DNA of 64,000 nucleotides from an uncultured Spirochaetota bacterium (GTDB lineage Bacteria; Spirochaetota; Spirochaetia; SZUA-6; Fen-1364): NCBI GenBank assembly GCA_963734545.1, contig CAVTHO010000010.1, positions 32,001 to 96,000 of the forward strand, read 5' to 3'. Shown piece by piece: positions 61,501 to 64,000 of this stretch (position 1 is its first letter; each line of letters starts with the position of its first letter). The notes under the pieces were generated by a model. It saw only the letters and a program-made list of their open reading frames with translations, ran no database searches and was not told where the DNA came from. The position numbers and the translations under genes were made by a program.

Positions 61501-64000
61501 ACGGCGTTTGTCATGCGGAGGTCCGTGCCTGCCGACAGGAGGACGCTGCCGGCGGCGAGGATCGCCCCGTCCACCCGGAGGCTTCCGCCCGCCGTGACCG
61601 CCACGTTGCCCGCCCCTGCGATCGCGCCCGGGACCGCAGTGATCAAGGAGGCTGTTTCGCCGATCAGAACGCTGCCGGTCGCAGAGATATCGATGGAAGC
61701 CGTTGCCTTCAGGTGGACGATGTCATAGATCTTCGGCTCCGCCGGCATTGCCCCGCCGACGGTCACGTCGCCGCCGACAGAGGTAATGGCGATGGCGCCG
61801 TTCTCTCCCTCCGCGCTCAGGTTGGCCCGCACCTCCACGTTCGCCCCGGAATGAATCGTGATGGTCCCCCGGGCCGTCAGGGTATCCAGATCGAAGATCG
61901 TCAGGTCCATGGGACCGTCGGCAGGAACAGCTTCACTGTCCCACACGGGCCGCGCCTGGACCACGGGCTCGAGCTTCCGGTTCGTGACCTGCTCGAACTT
62001 GATGACAGGGACCATGCTCGCGATGGTCTCGTAGCGGGGCCGCTTGTCCACGATGTCATGGGCGTCGGTGAAGACAAGGTAGGTGATGTCCGACCGGATG
62101 TCCTTGACTTCCTTCCATTGAGTCTTCAGCTTGTAGATGTAGTCGGTCTGCGTTTCGCCGACCGTGTAGGGGGCGGACCAGTAGGGATCTCTCTCCAGAA
62201 CGGCGATGAGACGGGAACCCGGATCCGCGTCGTTCCAGGTGCCGTTTGTCCACATTTGCAGGAAATCCTCGTCCCCGCCGGAATTGTTCGGCTCTCCCGA
62301 GGAGAAATTGCCGTATCCCCACGCACTGCCGTCCGAGAGCCTGCCGCTCCCCTCGCCGTTCACCCAATCCAGGGACCAGTTGGTGTGGCTCGTGCTGTTG
62401 ATGTTGTACCCGCCGAGCCACACGGTGCTCGAGATCAGGCTTTGGACGTAGTTGTTTTCCCCGGAGTCGTTGATGACGACCATGTGCCAGCCGTCTCCGA
62501 AAGCCGCGGCCAGGTCGTAGGCCTCGTACCAGGTGTAAGAACCGGCTGTCACGTAGTAGTCGCGGCCGTTGTATATCCTCTGCTCTCCAACGGTGCCCTC
62601 GGACCGGGTCCGAGCGGCGATTTCTTCCAGCGTCGCGCCGATCTGGGCGACCGCGAGGATGTTGTTGCCCACGTCTTCCTGGCCGTACACCCGGCGGCTG
62701 TTGACATCCAGTCCATAGTCCCAGTTGCCGCCGTCGAACCCCGACAGGTTCACGCCGTTATGGCCGGCATTCTGGGCGACGAGATTATCCAGCAGGTTCG
62801 TGTCGAGGTTCCACGCGTCCTTGGGGTCCCAGACCACCTTGACCGAGTTGTCCATGTCGAAGGCGGGCTGCAGGACGAATCCCGCCTGGGTCACACCGTA
62901 CAGGTAGTCGAAGTCGGACACCGCCATCAGGCCGGTCCCGGAGAGGGCAATGCTCTGCGCCACGGCGAGGTTCACCAGGCCGGTGTAGAGGGCGGGGACG
63001 TAGGGGAGCCCTTCCGAGGGCGCGCTGCGGCCGTCCTTGATGCTGTACTGCTCGTAGGCGGTGTACGCGTCCGTCCAGTTGGAGTCGGGCAGCGCGAGAT
63101 AGGTGACCACCCAGCGAGCCGCGCTGTCGTCGTAATCATCCAGCTTCCAGACGGCTCCGTCCACCGCTGCCGGCTGCGTCCCCGAGACGAAGGTCGACCA
63201 CTCCTGGGTGTACTTGAGCTGGGCCACTTCCCGCTTGTATCCCACCGTCTCGTCGTACGTATCGACGTTGCCCACGTACTGGAGCTTCTTGGCGTCGGGT
63301 TCGGTCCTGTCGTTGCCCAGCGTGGTCACCGTGTAGGTCTCCCACCATTCCCTGGGCGCGCGCAGGAATATCGAGGTTCCGTCGTCCAGCGTGTACGACA
63401 CCACGGCCCGGGCAGCGCCGGAGAAGTTCAGCTCCCAGACGTTGGCAGTGGGGATGCCCTCGATGTTGCGGTTGATCTTCCCCAGGCCTTCCATGGGCGA
63501 GTAGATCTTCTCCGAGTGGGTGTCGAGGAGGACCTGGTCCTCCCGGGCGGAGAAACTGGCCTTGTAGAGGGCCTTCGCCGGATTGCTGTAGTCCGCGTTG
63601 TAGTCCCGGCCGGCGATGTAGAACAGGTCGGCCAGCGCCTGGACCTGCTGGGGAGTCGGATTTTCCGGCAGGAGATGCGCGGGAGGCATGAACCATTGCT
63701 CGGCCGTCATGCCCGCAGTCAAAGGATCGTAGGGCCGGAACTCGGGGAACCAGAAGTCGAAGTATTTCTTGTACACGTACTGGGTGGTCACGGCCGTCCC
63801 GACGCCGACAGTGCCCACACCGGCGGGAACCGTCGCCTTGAACTTGCCGTTCACGAAGACCCCCGGCACGAACTCCGTGCCTCCGGTTTCCATCTGGTAG
63901 AAGAGCCCCTGCGCCTGGACGGAGGAGAGGGCCTGGGCGACCGTAAGGCCGGCGGACCCGGACGCGGCTGCCGTGAAGGTGCCGATGCCGTCGGCCAGCG
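49588..64000 (-). CDS. Giant RTX-type surface protein/adhesin (>4800 codons, 5' end outside the window); two +1 frameshifts inside the tandem repeats
   Basis: ORFs 53223-63893, 52628-53287 and 49588-52692 join at identical repeat positions, and the frame is open to 64000. Contains a C-type lectin, beta-helix-like repeats, coiled coil, PKD/cadherin-like domains and many GGxGxDxLxG nonapeptides at the C-terminus. Confidence 0.88.
50160..50310 (-). repeat. About 4 x 33-bp coding repeat (WGGHDNCGHDF / WGGHDNWGHDS / WGSHDNWGHDF / WGNHYDSGHDS)
   Basis: ccccagaaatcatggccccagttgtcgtgg recurs at 33-bp period. Confidence 0.85.
52320..53685 (-). repeat. About 4.5 near-identical 297/298-bp tandem repeats (99-aa unit)
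   Basis: Marker gtgatgctgtccgcggt at 52406, 52703, 53001, 53298 and 53596 (spacings 297, 298, 297, 298). Confidence 0.92.

Overview
GC-rich (~65% by eye) bacterial window, probably from a free-living anaerobic spirochaete-like organism (inferred from cheX, the MCPs and a BMP-type domain). Scattered single-base frameshifts, densest in 1-12 kb, look like long-read consensus errors. Contents in order: (1-15.5 kb, minus) MCP-cheY-cheX-cheA behind a sigma54 promoter, a REC-PAS kinase with its own sigma54 promoter, an NtrC-type activator, two further sensor kinases, and an MCP translationally coupled to a hexaheme cytochrome c. (15.8-22.9 kb) a DUF5666-like lipoprotein, then a LolCDE/MacB-like ABC operon with a LolA-like protein and a putative beta-barrel, preceded by an apparent NiCo (czcD) metal riboswitch. 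(22.9-34.4 kb) a truncated GntR/MocR gene, an isochorismatase, a sugar ABC importer with SDRs, and a divergent unassigned glycyl radical enzyme with its activase and a tandem PNPOx-like protein. (34.5-49.5 kb) CopB, a CBM-GH10 xylanase, a GH26-BMP fusion downstream of a kinase with a NIDO-like sensor and an NtrC activator, a sigma54-driven lipoprotein, a third MCP, an Fe-S aldo/keto reductase and a small basic ORF. (49.6-64 kb) the 3' part (>4800 codons) of a giant RTX-type surface protein with a C-type lectin, beta-helical repeats, an ~800-aa coiled-coil insert, Ig/cadherin domains, 99-aa tandem repeats and His/Trp/Asp/Cys repeats. No rRNA, tRNA, CRISPR array or transposase was recognised.
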